This document shows positions 1 to 10,030 of a DNA stretch of 20,000 nucleotides, piece by piece (the first letter of the stretch is position 1; each line of letters opens with the position of its first letter). Source of the stretch: Chiloscyllium plagiosum (lineage: Eukaryota); contig NC_057719.1 in assembly GCF_004010195.1 (NCBI RefSeq), positions 14,705,272 to 14,725,271 of the forward strand. The letters run 5' to 3'. The notes beneath the pieces are model-generated. The model searched no databases. It saw only the letters and a program-made list of their open reading frames with translations, and was not told the origin of the DNA. The translations under genes were made by a program, and so were the position numbers.

Positions 1-227
1 CTTTTCACACAAAGGGTGGTGTATGTATGGAATCAGCTGCAGAGGAAGTGTTGGAGGCTGGTACAATTACAACATTTAAAAGGCATCTGGATGGGTAAAT
101 TAATCGGAAGGGTTTAGAGGGATATGGGCCAAGTGCTGGCAGGTGGGACTAGATTAGGTTAGGATATCTGGTTGGCATGGACAAGTTGGACCGAAGGGTC
201 TGTTTCTGTACTGTACATCTCTATGAT
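1..227 (+). mobile_element. CR1/HER1 LINE 3' end fragment (cut by window start)
   Basis: Close match to the 3' end of the in-window CR1 at 16436-16668, including ORF2 end, 3' UTR GGACCGAAGGGTCTGTTTC and CTCTATGA tail. Confidence 0.92.
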
Positions 228-228
228 C

Positions 229-380
229 CCCTTTAAGGAAAGAAATCTGCCACCCTTAACTATCTTTATTGACACTTGACTCCAGATCCACAAAAATGTT
301 CTTAATGGCCCAATGGGAAATGAGGAATGAGCAAGAAATGTTAGCCTAGCCAATCTATGAACAAGTTTTGTCAAAAAAAC
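229..380 (+). mobile_element. Degenerate 3' half of a tRNA-derived SINE (same family as 6140-6972)
   Basis: CCTTTAAGGAAAGAAATCTGCC...GACTCCAGATCCACA resembles the reverse complement of 6140-6278; ends in an A-run. Confidence 0.6.
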
Positions 381-410
381 AAATGCCATCTCCATTGCCT
401 TGAATATTCT

Positions 411-680
411 TTAGATTAGATTACTTACAGTGTGGAAACAGGCCCTTCGGCCCAACAAGTCCTCACCGACCCACAACCCATTCCCCTACACCTAATACTA
501 CAGGCAATTTAGCATGGCCAATTCACCTGACCTGCACATTTTTGGATTGTGGGAGGAAACCCACACAGACATAGGGAGAATGTGCAAACTCCACACAGAG
601 AGTCGCCTGGGGTGGGAATTGAACCCAGGTCTCTGGCGGTGGGAGGCAGTAGTACTAACCACTGTGCCATTGTGCTGCCC
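411..680 (-). mobile_element. HE1-like (V-SINE) tRNA-derived SINE
   Basis: Minus strand has A box (TGGCACAGTGG), B box (GGTTCAATTCC), V-domain-like TGTGTGGAGTTTGCACATTCTCC, CR1-like tail and an (AATCT)n end. Confidence 0.9.
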
Positions 681-757
681 ACCACATTCTGGTGAAATAT
701 TCCTTGCTGAAACAATCCACAATACAAGAAGGTTCCTGCCTCCTTATCTCCCTAAGG

Positions 758-925
758 TAAGGTTGCTAACCCTCCAGGATTACTATGGAATCTCCAGAAA
801 TTGAAGATTAGTCTCCAGGATATTATCAAGAACAAAAACCCACAGAAAAGTAATCACGACATTTAAAAAGTTGAGTTTAATTGTCTGCTAACATTTTCAT
901 TTATTCATAACAAAAGTATTAGGAA
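758..925 (+). mobile_element. Possible old hAT-type DNA transposon end
   Basis: AGGTTGCTAACCCTCCAGGA resembles a CAGGGTTGCCAAC-type TIR followed by repeated CTCCAG(G/A)A subterminal motifs; partner TIR not found. Confidence 0.35.
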
Positions 926-1396
926 GGGTTTTACTTTGTGGAGAGGTTAGAGACGGGTGGGTATGGAGCTTTTGTTTTTCAAGAAAAGGTATATCCCATT
1001 TGTATTCAGTTTAATAACATTTGGGCTAATTGTCCATACACCAGGACAATCTGGCTAGACACTGATTCTCAATGGTACACTGGACTAGTTATTGGCTTCA
1101 GCACTTTGTTTATCATGGCGTGTTGGTTTCGTTCCCACATTCCCAGTCGATGCAAACAACATTTGACCTGGCCCAGCCCAAACAGCCTGATCCCTGCTCA
1201 TGCACTCTTTGTGTTGTTTCTTGTCCTCATTTAGTGCAGCTGCTGAGTTGTTGTTTGTGGTTTCCTTTAAAGTTTCCTTTAAAGGATTACTGCTGGAATT
1301 AGATTGAGGTACATCAAATGTTATGCAAATATTATCCTTTTTTAATACAATGTTTAACATATTTCTTATTCATTTAATCTGTCCTTGGATTTTACT

Positions 1397-1468
1397 GTCC
1401 AAAATCCGAGAAAGTCCAAAATCCAGTAGTGTCCTGTTCCCAAGTGTCTGTGAATGACCAACCTAGTA
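1397..1468 (+). mobile_element. Possible Tc1/mariner Tigger4/MER46-like terminal remnant
   Basis: Repeated CCAAAATCC then CCTGTTCCCAAG...CAACCTAGTA, resembling the recalled Tigger4 right end. Confidence 0.35.
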
Positions 1469-1552
1469 ATTTTAAAATGTTTACTAAATTTCCTCTTAGC
1501 TTTTTCTTCTTTAGATCAAATACTTGCACTATCTCATCTCAGTCACCTTTTA

Positions 1553-1798
1553 GGGTGGCATGTGGCTCAGTAGCAAGCCCTGCTGTCTCACAGCGCCAGG
1601 AACCTGGATTCAATTCCAGCCTTGGCAAATGCATGGGTTTCCTCCGAGTGCTCCAATTTCCTCTTGTGGTCCAAAGATGTGCAGCTTAGGTGAATTAGCC
1701 ATGATAAATGTGGGGTTATAGGGAATGGGATAGTCTTTGGAGAGTTGGTGTGGACTTGATGGACCAAATGGCTTGATTCCACACTGTACGGATTCTAT
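1553..1798 (+). mobile_element. HE1-like tRNA-derived SINE, internally deleted
   Basis: A box TGGCTCAGTAG, B box GGATTCAATTCC, CCAAAGATGTGCAG core, CR1-like tail ending GATTCTAT; homologous to 411-680. Confidence 0.88.
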
Positions 1799-1959
1799 CG
1801 CTGAGAACGCCCTGATCGATTCATGTTGTGCAACCTGAACTGGATGCCAAAAACAATTTTTAAATTTTTTACAAACTTACAGACAGTCTGCTACTTTCTT
1901 CTACGACAATTGTCAAAAGAACCTGAGAAGAGAGGAGGAGAAAAGAATTGTGCCGCAAA

Positions 1960-2180
1960 GTCTTATGATCTGAAGTGAGATTTTGGAACAGGTAGTAGAA
2001 GGACATTAAAGTATAACTTGAAGAAGGGAATAAAATAAGTCCTTATAATAGAAATAATTGCAAGGTAATGAGGGATAATGAGGGAAGTAGAACAAACTGG
2101 ATCACTATCTTAATGAACCAGCAGAGGCACAATTGACTGAATGGTCTCCTCAGCTGCATTGTTCAGCAACTTTATGATCT
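1960..2180 (+). mobile_element. Old CR1 3' end fragment
   Basis: GAACCAGCAGAGGCACAATTGACTGAATGGTCTCCT...TATGAT resembles a CR1 3' UTR and tail; highly diverged. Confidence 0.55.
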
Positions 2181-2889
2181 GCATATCCTACTTTATCTCT
2201 TCGAACTATATTTTCTGCCTCCGCACTACATTCTATATGCCACATGGTTTTCTTTACGCTAATTTTAATGACAAACATGATGGATTCGTTACTGAAAATA
2301 CAAGAGAGATTATATTATTAGGTTTCAAACTATGCATTGACTTCTGTTGCTAAGCATAGCTACTTAAGTTATTTACTTGGAACACAGTGGGCAATAAATA
2401 CAGCAAAGCATCATTAACTGAGGAACTGTGGACCTATTTGCTGGCATTACTCCAATAGTGAACTTTATACTGATTGGAAGAAATGTAGCTGTGCCAGAGG
2501 ATATTACTGCTGCACCTTGGCTGTAGTATCTGTACAAATGTTTTTTCTCTGACTTCTCCTTGGTTTTCTTGCTTTACTTTGAGATTTCTACTTTGCTCCA
2601 ATCAAAGTGTAAAGTTGCTATCCCATTTAAGATCAGGATACAACTCTGTGCTCTTGCTGTGGAACATCCATGTATTATGCCTAGAGTTGATATCAGGGAG
2701 CAGATTTCCATATTTGTTGGGGGTATCAGGAAAAAGTACTTATCCCATCTTCTATTCTAGCCTTGGTCTTGAGATTACCAGGATCCCAGGAGGAAAATCC
2801 AGTAAAAATTGTGAAAATGCACACTTTTCTGACCTGCTTTGTTTCCCTCAAGAACAATGCTCCAGTAAGACCAGTATGTTCATTTCCAA

Positions 2890-4153
2890 GTATTTCTGAG
2901 GAAAGGCTGGACACCAGTATTCACCACACACCCACTGACCCCAACAATTACCTGGGCTATACAGCCTCACACCCTGCTTCCTGTAAAGACTCTATTCCCT
3001 TCTCCTGGTCTCCCTCCAGTGGTGCATCTGTTCTGTTAGTGCCTCTTTCTGCAAGGAAGCCTCTGAAATGTCCACTTTTCCCCTCAATGGAGGGTTCCCT
3101 GCAACTATGGTTAACAGGGCCCTCAGTCATCTCCCACACTCTTGACCTTACCCCTTCTCTTCCCTCCCACAACAACAATAGGATCCACCTTGTCCTTACC
3201 TATCACCTCATCACACATCCAAAAGATTGTAAGCCACCATATTTGCTACCTTCTGTGAGATGCCACCACCAGACACATACTCCCCTCTTCTCCTTTGTTA
3301 ACATTCCAGAAGGACTGCCCCTTCCAGGATACTGCCCCCACATCCCTACACCTCTACACACCCCATGGCACCTTACCATGCAATTGCAGAAGGTGTAACA
3401 CTTGCCCATTTACTTCTTCCCTCCTCACTACCCTAGGCCCCAGACACACTTTCCCAGTGAAACACCAGTATGGTATAGTGATTTGCCAGCATTTCATTCA
3501 TCTGGTCTCATGTAATCACTGCTCACAATGCTGTCTCATCTACACTGGGGAGACAAAAAGCAGACTGGGTGACCGCTTTGTGGAGCACCTCTGTTCTCTC
3601 TGTGAAAATGCTCTGATTTTCCTATTGCCTGCTACTTCAACACACCACCGTGTTCCCTGGTCATTATCTCTGTTCTGGGCCTGTGACAGTGCTCCAGCGA
3701 AGTTCAGAGCAAACTGGAAGAACAGTACCTCATTTTCCACTTGGGAAACCTGCAGCCTTCAGGACTCAATATCGAGTTCAATAACTTTAAGGCCTGATTA
3801 TCTTTACCAGTGTCCTTACCTCAACCCCCACACACCAGGCCCTGTCATCACATGAGCTGCTTTCTTCCTAACCAACCCATTTTCACCAACTAATGGTCCA
3901 TATTGTAAGCTTTCCTTTCCCCCCGGCTTACCATTATCCATCCCTTTGTCTGTCCAATTGCTGTTGTCTCTGGGCTCCATCTCCATCTATTGTTCACTCC
4001 TTCCCCCTCCCCTCAACTCATCTTCAGCATATGTACCAATGTTTTCCTAGCTAGCATCAGTTCTGAAGAAGGGTCACTGGACTTGAAAGGTTAACTCTGA
4101 TTTCTCTCCACAGATGCTGCCAAACCTGCTGAAACTTTTCATTAATTTCTGTT
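2890..4153 (+). mobile_element. Degenerate Penelope-like element: RT C-terminus, GIY-YIG endonuclease, 3' pseudo-LTR
   Basis: PTDPNNYLGYTASHPASCKDSIPFS (homologous to the 13960-14040 translation), CRRCNTC, CSQCCLIYTGETKSRLGDRFVEH; frameshifted; hammerhead motif at 4059-4096. May extend upstream to about 2590. Confidence 0.9.
4059..4096 (+). ncRNA. Minimal type I hammerhead ribozyme motif (degenerate)
   Basis: AGTT-CTGAAGA-A-GGGTC ACTG GACTT-GAAA-GGT-T-AACT: stems I and II pair, core boxes present. Confidence 0.75.
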
Positions 4154-4254
4154 TAAGTATTACTATATCTTTATATTTTTTTTCCTGCACTCTTTATTCT
4201 AAGTTTCAATCCCTAAATGGCAGAAATAGACTCAGAGTGGCCAGGTTTATCTCA

Positions 4255-4382
4255 TTTCATGGTCATCATCAGACTCAAATTAGATTCAAATTCCATGGCA
4301 GGATTTGAACGCAGGTCCCCAGAACATTACTGGCGTCTCTGAACAATACCAGTGATAATGCCACTACCCCATCAGCACCTCC
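4255..4382 (-). mobile_element. 5' half of tRNA-derived SINE
   Basis: Homologous to 6833-6972 (TTCATGGTCATCA...CCAGAACAT...CCACTA); B box GTTCAAATCC on minus strand. Confidence 0.7.
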
Positions 4383-4384
4383 TG

Positions 4385-4665
4385 AAAAATAATGGGTTGC
4401 ACATTTAAGACAGAGATGAGGAGAACTTTCTTCTCTCAGGGTGTGAATCTGTGGGCATTTTTACCAAAGTGGGCTTTTGAGGCTTAGTCATTAAGTATAT
4501 TCAAAGCTGAGCCAGATAGATTTTCAATCACTGAGGGAATCATGGATTATGGGGAAAAGATAGTTGAGTTGAAGATGATTAGATCAACCATGATCCCAAT
4601 GAATGGTGGATCAGATTAGGTGGGCTGAACGACCTTCATCTGCTCCTTTGTGTTATGGACCTCTA
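4385..4665 (+). mobile_element. CR1 3' end fragment
   Basis: Encodes FKTEMRRTFFSQ-like ORF2 end; 3' UTR GATCAACCATGATC...GAATGG. Confidence 0.85.
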
Positions 4666-4775
4666 ACTGTGCTGCTTGGGGGCTAGTTTTTGTTTTGATC
4701 CTGTACCTGTTTGGTCTTGATATACATAGTCACTAAAATCTGGCCCTAGGAGCTTGAGACAAGTTAAGGTGATCA

Positions 4776-5066
4776 CCTAACCCTAACCCTAACTGTTAAC
4801 CTAATCCGAAACCAAAACCTAACTCGAGTCTTAACTCTAGCCCTAGCCCTAGCCTCAACCCTAACCCTAACCATAACCCCGCCAATCCTAACTCTAGCCC
4901 CAACCCTAACCCTAACCATAACCCCCCAACCCTAACTCTAGCCCCAACCCTAACCGTAACCATAACCACTCTAACTCTAGCCCCAATCCTAACCGTAACC
5001 ATAACCCCCTAACCCTAACTCTAGACCTAACCCTAAACCTAGCCATAATTCTAATTGTAAACCTAT
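4776..5066. repeat. Degenerate telomere-like (CCCTAA)n array with 39-44 bp higher-order unit
   Basis: CCCTAA mixed with CCATAA, CTCTAG, CCCCAA, CCGTAA; CTAACTCTAG recurs at 4888, 4932, 4971, 5015. Confidence 0.92.
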
Positions 5067-6139
5067 TGCAATCAGTGGATCCACAACATTTTCCCTTTGT
5101 TTAGTTTGATGATTAGGAAATTTCTATGTTCCACTGAATTCCCAAAATGTGCTCAGGGCATGCGATAAGGCATACTGGGAATGCAAATTTGTCATGGCTA
5201 CCTATTATGGTCATTGATTTGCATAAGTATTTTATAGTAATGATTCACAGTTTTAGGGTCACATCTCCCCTGCTCCTAACTTCTTAATTTTTGTGGAAAA
5301 GTATATCTCTAAATAGGATTGTGCTGCCTTCCTCTTAATCGCGTCAATATTGTCAGTGAAATTGGTAAAACTGACCCCTTTCATTCAACAAGATCCTGTT
5401 TTTGGATTTTGAAACTGAGTTTTCCACCACAAGATCACAGAACTGAAGCAAAAACTTAGATTTTAACAGTAATTATCCAGCATGAAGATGAGGGTAGCAA
5501 ATCGTCACCATTTTCATAGCCTGTCAAATGTACTTTTCTGTAATTTAATTGCTGAAACAATATACAGCCAATTGATTATAATTTGAAACTTGAACTACCA
5601 TCTGAGGTATTCTGGAGTTGGTGGAATAAGGCCAATATATTGATGGAAACTCATTCTAATAGTTCAAATAATCTAACTGTTCAATTGCTCACCGTTTATT
5701 CTGCGCGGTGTGATCAAACTTTGAACAGGCTGTCACCCTTTTCCAAAAGCAAAAAATTACATTTGTTCTATACTTGTGGTCTTGTGAACATTTTGACTGA
5801 CTGGGGAAGTTAATAACTTCAAATATATTGTGCTACTGATGAAAACCTAAATGTTTTGCATACAAACATTTCACCCAACAATTACTCTGGTTTTCTTAGT
5901 CTGAGGAATCAATTGCTTGCTCCCTGGTCAGTACATTTTAGTTACCTGGTCACTTACTGACAACACTCAGGACAATGTATAATTTATCATTTAATTATAA
6001 TTTATATAATTACCATATAATTTGTCACCAACCAGTTGTGCTGATCCTTGGTGGGAGTCACATGTCACCTCATCTTCTAAAGTTCCCTCATGTGAAAAGG
6101 TGTATAAGTGAAGAGTTTGGAGTTTGACAGGAATTTTTT

Positions 6140-6972
6140 AAATTATTTATTCGCAGGATCTGGGCATTGCTGACTAAGGCAGCATTTATTGCCCATCTCT
6201 AATTGTCTGGAGGGCAGTTAAGAATCAACCACATCCCTATGGGTCTGGAGTCACATGTAGGCATTTTCCTTCACTGAATTTGATTTGATTTGATTTGATT
6301 TGATTTATTATTGTCACATGTACCTGGGTACAGTGAAATGTTTTGGTTTGCATGCAGTACAGGTAGATCATATCAAACAAAGATCATAGGGTGACTGAAC
6401 AGAGCGAGGAATACAAGGTTACAGCAGCAAAGAAGGTGCACAAAAAGTAAGATCAACGTTAGGATTCGAAAATTATGAGGTCCATTCAGAAGTCTAAAAA
6501 AGCAGGGATGAAGCTGTTCTTGAGCCTGTTGGTACATGTGTTTAAACTTTTGTATCTTCTGCCCAATGGAAGAGGTAGGAAGAGAGTATTACTGGGATGG
6601 GAGGTGTTGGCTGCCTTTCCAAGGCTGCGAGAAGTATAGATGGAGTTAATGGATGGAAGATTGGCTTGAGTGATGGACTGGGCTGTGTTCATAACTCTGT
6701 ATAGTTTCTTATGGTCCTGGGCAGAGCATTTGTGGTAGCAAGCCATGATGCACCCAGATAGAATGTTTTCTATGGTGCATCTGTAAAAGCTAGTGAGGGC
6801 CTTTATAGACAGGAGTGAATGCCCAATACTAGATTCATGGTCATCAATAGACACTTAATTCCAAATTTTCACTCAAATCAAATCCCACCATCTGCTGTGG
6901 TAGGTGTCTCCAGAACATAACCCAAGTCCCTAGATCTACAGTTCAGCAGGTAATTCCACTAGGCCATCACCT
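6140..6972 (-). mobile_element. tRNA-derived SINE split by a Rex1-like insertion (3' half 6140-6278, 5' half about 6812-6972)
   Basis: Halves match other in-window copies (229-380 and 4255-4382) and are colinear across the insertion. Confidence 0.75.
6280..6811 (-). mobile_element. Rex1/Babar-like LINE, 5'-truncated
   Basis: LTSFYRCTIENILSGCIMACY...PLPLGRRYKSLNTCTNRLKNSF; (AAATC)n tail seen as (TTTGA)n at 6279-6306. Confidence 0.88.
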
Positions 6973-7235
6973 TGTTGGAATAGCCACTCTAATTTTCATT
7001 CTCCCCTGCTTTCAAAATGTCATCAAATATTAGGAATGTAACTCATTTTTTTGCTCTCTGTCTGTAGTTTGGAGTTCCCTGGATGCTGCCTGACCTGCTG
7101 CGCTTTTCCAGCAACACATTTTCAGCTCAACCTTGTTGGAATACCCACTCTAATTTTCATTCTTCCCTGTTTTCAAAATGTCATCAAATATTAGGAATGT
7201 AACTCATTTTTTTGCTCTCTGTCTGTAGTTTGGAG
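6969..7235 (+). repeat. 106-bp direct repeat pair (6969-7074, 7130-7235)
   Basis: Direct alignment gives 3 mismatches in 106 bp; copies separated by a 55-bp insert. Confidence 0.95.
7075..7129 (+). mobile_element. 55-bp Penelope pseudo-LTR fragment
   Basis: GGATGCTGCCTGACCTGCTGCGCTTTTCCAGCAACAC matches 14947-14983, just downstream of the hammerhead. Confidence 0.85.
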
Positions 7236-7767
7236 CCTGTGTTAAACTCACCTGATTCACCCTCGGGTATGGTCATGGGATAAGTAAGTCACTTCTTACT
7301 TGATCGCAAGGTTATATTAAACCAAAGGCCTAGACTGTCTTCTTGACAGCTTACAAAGGCTGCACTTATAGCATATTTTGAGCGAACCATTTACGCAGCC
7401 ATTACCAATTAATCCTCCCTTTCACACAAAAACAAACTCTGTACTGTTGTCTTCATGTTGTGACTTTACTTGAGAAACAACCACATTTACAAGTTGTAGG
7501 TTTTCTTGTGAATGTTGCTCTCCTTTAGGCTCCTCTGTGTTGACAAGACTGTTGTAAACTAAAGCAGCTGAGTCTTCTATTTGTCTATAATCTCTCAGTC
7601 AATGACTTTACTGTCTGGAAGCTTCTTATGAAAATCTGTGAAGCTTTGTTTGTTTTATACCTGAAGATGTGACAAATTAAGAAAGCAAGGCCTCAAATCT
7701 TTTAGAATATCTCAGCTTATATAAACAAAAACGTTAATGTCATCTGGTGTAAACACAGTATAGGCAG

Positions 7768-7875
7768 GACTTCCATTTATATAGAATCCTTCATTATCCC
7801 AGAATCTGCCAGAATGTTTTACCACCACTGAAGTGCTTTTGGCATGTAGTCACTGTTGTAATGTATGTAAGAAGC
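7768..7875 (-). mobile_element. Deu-SINE (AmnSINE1/SacSINE1-like) 3' remnant
   Basis: Minus strand ACATTACAACAGTGACTACA...TATATAAATGGAAGTC resembles the recalled Deu-SINE tail and 19200-19289. Confidence 0.65.
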
Positions 7876-8083
7876 CCAGAGGAGAGCAGATGTAAGCAAT
7901 GGTAAGGATTTATTTTAAGCATCAGCAGATTCTGAAGGCCATAATTCCCCTCTTGGAGAATCACATCAGAACGCAACAAGGCAACAGTCAAGTCCAATGA
8001 GAGCCCCATCAAAACATCATTTTCTGTCAGAGTTGGGCCCATTTATACAGAAATAAAAATTTTATCATTCCATTTTATCATTT

Positions 8084-8157
8084 TATCTATGGAGCATCTG
8101 TAAAATCGGTGAGGGTCCTTACAGACATGTCAAATTTCCTAATCTGCCTGAGGAAGA
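8084..8157 (-). mobile_element. Short Rex1-like internal fragment
   Basis: Reverse complement matches 17778-17850 (TCTTCCTCAGGCAG...ACAGATGCTCCATAGA). Confidence 0.8.
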
Positions 8158-8259
8158 TACTCCCTAATTGGGGAGTGAACTGTTTGCTTTAATATACCTT
8201 ATTGGAGATGTCTTGGTCAATAACATATGATGTAATCGCTTCCATAAAATTACATTGCA

Positions 8260-8550
8260 TCCTCGAGCACAGAAACAAACTGTTTGCCCACCAGATACAT
8301 ATGTCAGTATTTAAGCTCCTCACAAGCTCTTTCTTGTCCTTTTATTTTAATAATATATTTTTATTAAGAAAATATAGATTTTTAAATGTTACAACAAATA
8401 CAAAACAATGCAATTCAAAACAGTACAAAAATAGTACAAAAATAAATCCAAATAATAAAAGAAATTTCTTGTCCTTCTTTATCCAACTTCATCCCCATCT
8501 CTCCCCATTGCTTTTATTTATATGTATTTATCTCATTTCCCTCTAAATGG
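8260..8550 (-). mobile_element. Old CR1 3' end interrupted by an AT-rich insertion
   Basis: AGCACAGAAACA...GCCCACCAG...GCTCCTCACAAGC and TTCCCTCTAAATG resemble an antisense CR1 3' region. Confidence 0.5.
8342..8464 (-). mobile_element. 123-bp AT-rich retroposon 3' end (L1/Tx1-like) with 12-bp TSD
   Basis: TTTCTTGTCCTT at 8330-8341 and 8465-8476; minus strand ends with AATAAA and an A-rich tail. Family is inferred. Confidence 0.7.
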
Positions 8551-8574
8551 ATCGAAGAGTATTGCTGGCAAAGT

Positions 8575-8975
8575 CAAGTCTTATCAAAGCATTTCGTCTT
8601 GCATTCATAGAGTCATAGAGCATGGAAGCAGATCATTCAGTTCAACTCGCTCATGCTGACCAGATATTTTAAGGCAATCTATTCCCTTTGCCAGCACTTG
8701 GCCGATGTCCCTTTAAACCCTTCCTATTCATATACCCATCCAGATGCCTTTTAAATGTTGCAATTGTACCAGCCTCCACTACTTCCTCTGGCAGCTCATT
8801 CCAAACACGCACCATTTATCAGGACAATTCACAGGAAATAGCAAAGCAAATGGAGAAGAACGTTTACTCTGTATATCAGGTTATTGCTGATTCGTTGGCG
8901 AGTGGCCTCTGGTTGGTCCAATTAGAGATCTTCCCATGAAGACTGCTCTAATCAATGATGACCAACAGTGAACTG
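8575..8975 (-). mobile_element. Old PLE terminal remnant with a hammerhead interrupted by CR1
   Basis: Joining 8581-8608 to 8820-8827 restores TTGTC-CTGATGA-ATGCAAGAC-GAAA-TGCT-TT-GATAA on the minus strand; outer limits approximate. Confidence 0.6.
8609..8814 (-). mobile_element. CR1/HER1 3' end fragment
   Basis: Reverse complement matches 16452-16668; tail read as ATAGAGTCATAGAG. Confidence 0.92.
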
Positions 8976-9562
8976 GTGTTCCCCACAAGCTCTGAGGCCT
9001 AATTCCCATCATTCCAGCTGTATAGATGTAGCTAAAACCACGGACTACCCAGTGGAGAGTCTGTTCAAGACTCTTTAAAGAAGAAGTTGGAGACAGGAAT
9101 TCTCGAAATGGTGCTCTTCACTGTCTTGGTTACCTGAATCGGTTCATCTGCACTGGAGAGCCTTTTATTGGTTCTCCAACTTTTCCAAAGTGGTAATATA
9201 TATTTAGAGAGCTCAATCTCTGTAAACCTAGATAGTTAGCAGCTTTGCAATGCTGGCCCTCAATTTATATATGGTAATGGAATTTTAGCATTTTCCTTTT
9301 ACCAGAGGAGCCTAAAGACATCTTCTATCTGGTTTTACCTCATTATAGTGTATAACTGTTGTATGAAAGCAATATATTGGGATAGGATTCTGTCCTTTGC
9401 CTCTTGATTTCATCATCAAAAAAGAGTCGCAACATTGCACTCTGTAAAGCTAATAAGAATTGGGAAGAGATTTTCTCTGAATGGACAGATTAGTGGCTGG
9501 GACTGAGGTAGGCTCATCATCCCACTGCGGATGGCAGATGGGATCTCTAAGTTGGAGAACCA

Positions 9563-10023
9563 ATAACAGCCTGGGACGGCAACTGCTCTGCCCAGGAACG
9601 TAAGAGACTACAGAAGGTGGTTTGCACAGCCCAGACCATCACAGAAGCCATGGACTCCATTTACATTTCTCATTGCCACAGAAAGGATGCCAACATCATC
9701 AAAGGCCCCTCCCACCCCGGTAAGGCTCTCCTACAACCTATTCTGTCAGGAAAAAGATACAAAAGCTTGAACACAGGCATCAGCAGGGTCAATAACAGCT
9801 TCTCCCCTGCCATTATTAGACTGTTGAATGGAGTTCTCTAACTTCAAATAATGTTGATCTTGCTTTGTGCACCTCCTGTACAGCCATAACCCATTTGCCT
9901 AACTCTATCTAAGTATCCTATTAGCCTGTATATTCTTGTTTGCTATGATCTGCCTGTACTGCTCGCAAAACAAAACTTTTCACTGTACTTAGGTAAATGT
10001 GACTACAATAAATCAAATCAAAT
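9563..10023 (+). mobile_element. Rex1/Babar-like LINE, 5'-truncated
   Basis: VCTAQTIT...ANIIKGPSHPG...LSGKRYKSLN...SFSPAIIRLLNG; AATAAATCAAATCAAAT tail; homologous to 17870-18375. Confidence 0.88.
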
Positions 10024-10030
10024 AAAATAG

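Noticed and set aside
600..680. tRNA-like A/B boxes here and at 1553-1625
   Set aside because: SINE heads, not complete tRNA cloverleafs
4796..5002. 68-aa GL/VR-repeat ORF
   Set aside because: Translation of the telomere-like repeat
4776..5066. Link to telomere-associated endonuclease-less PLEs
   Set aside because: The nearest PLE has a GIY-YIG domain and is separated from the array by SINE and CR1 fragments
6969..7235. CRISPR-like repeat-spacer-repeat
   Set aside because: Only two 106-bp repeats, the spacer is PLE sequence, and the context is eukaryotic
7229..7283. Plus-strand exon candidate (LEPVLNSPDSPSG) after a strong acceptor-like tract
   Set aside because: Two possible donors, one giving an in-frame stop; peptide not recognised; no supporting neighbouring exons
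7421..7597. E/Q-rich open frame on the minus strand
   Set aside because: Short, bounded by stops, and not in frame with the nearby acceptor at 7661
9134..9227. Minus-strand AG...GT bounded open segment
   Set aside because: Weak polypyrimidine tract, two frames equally open, no recognisable protein
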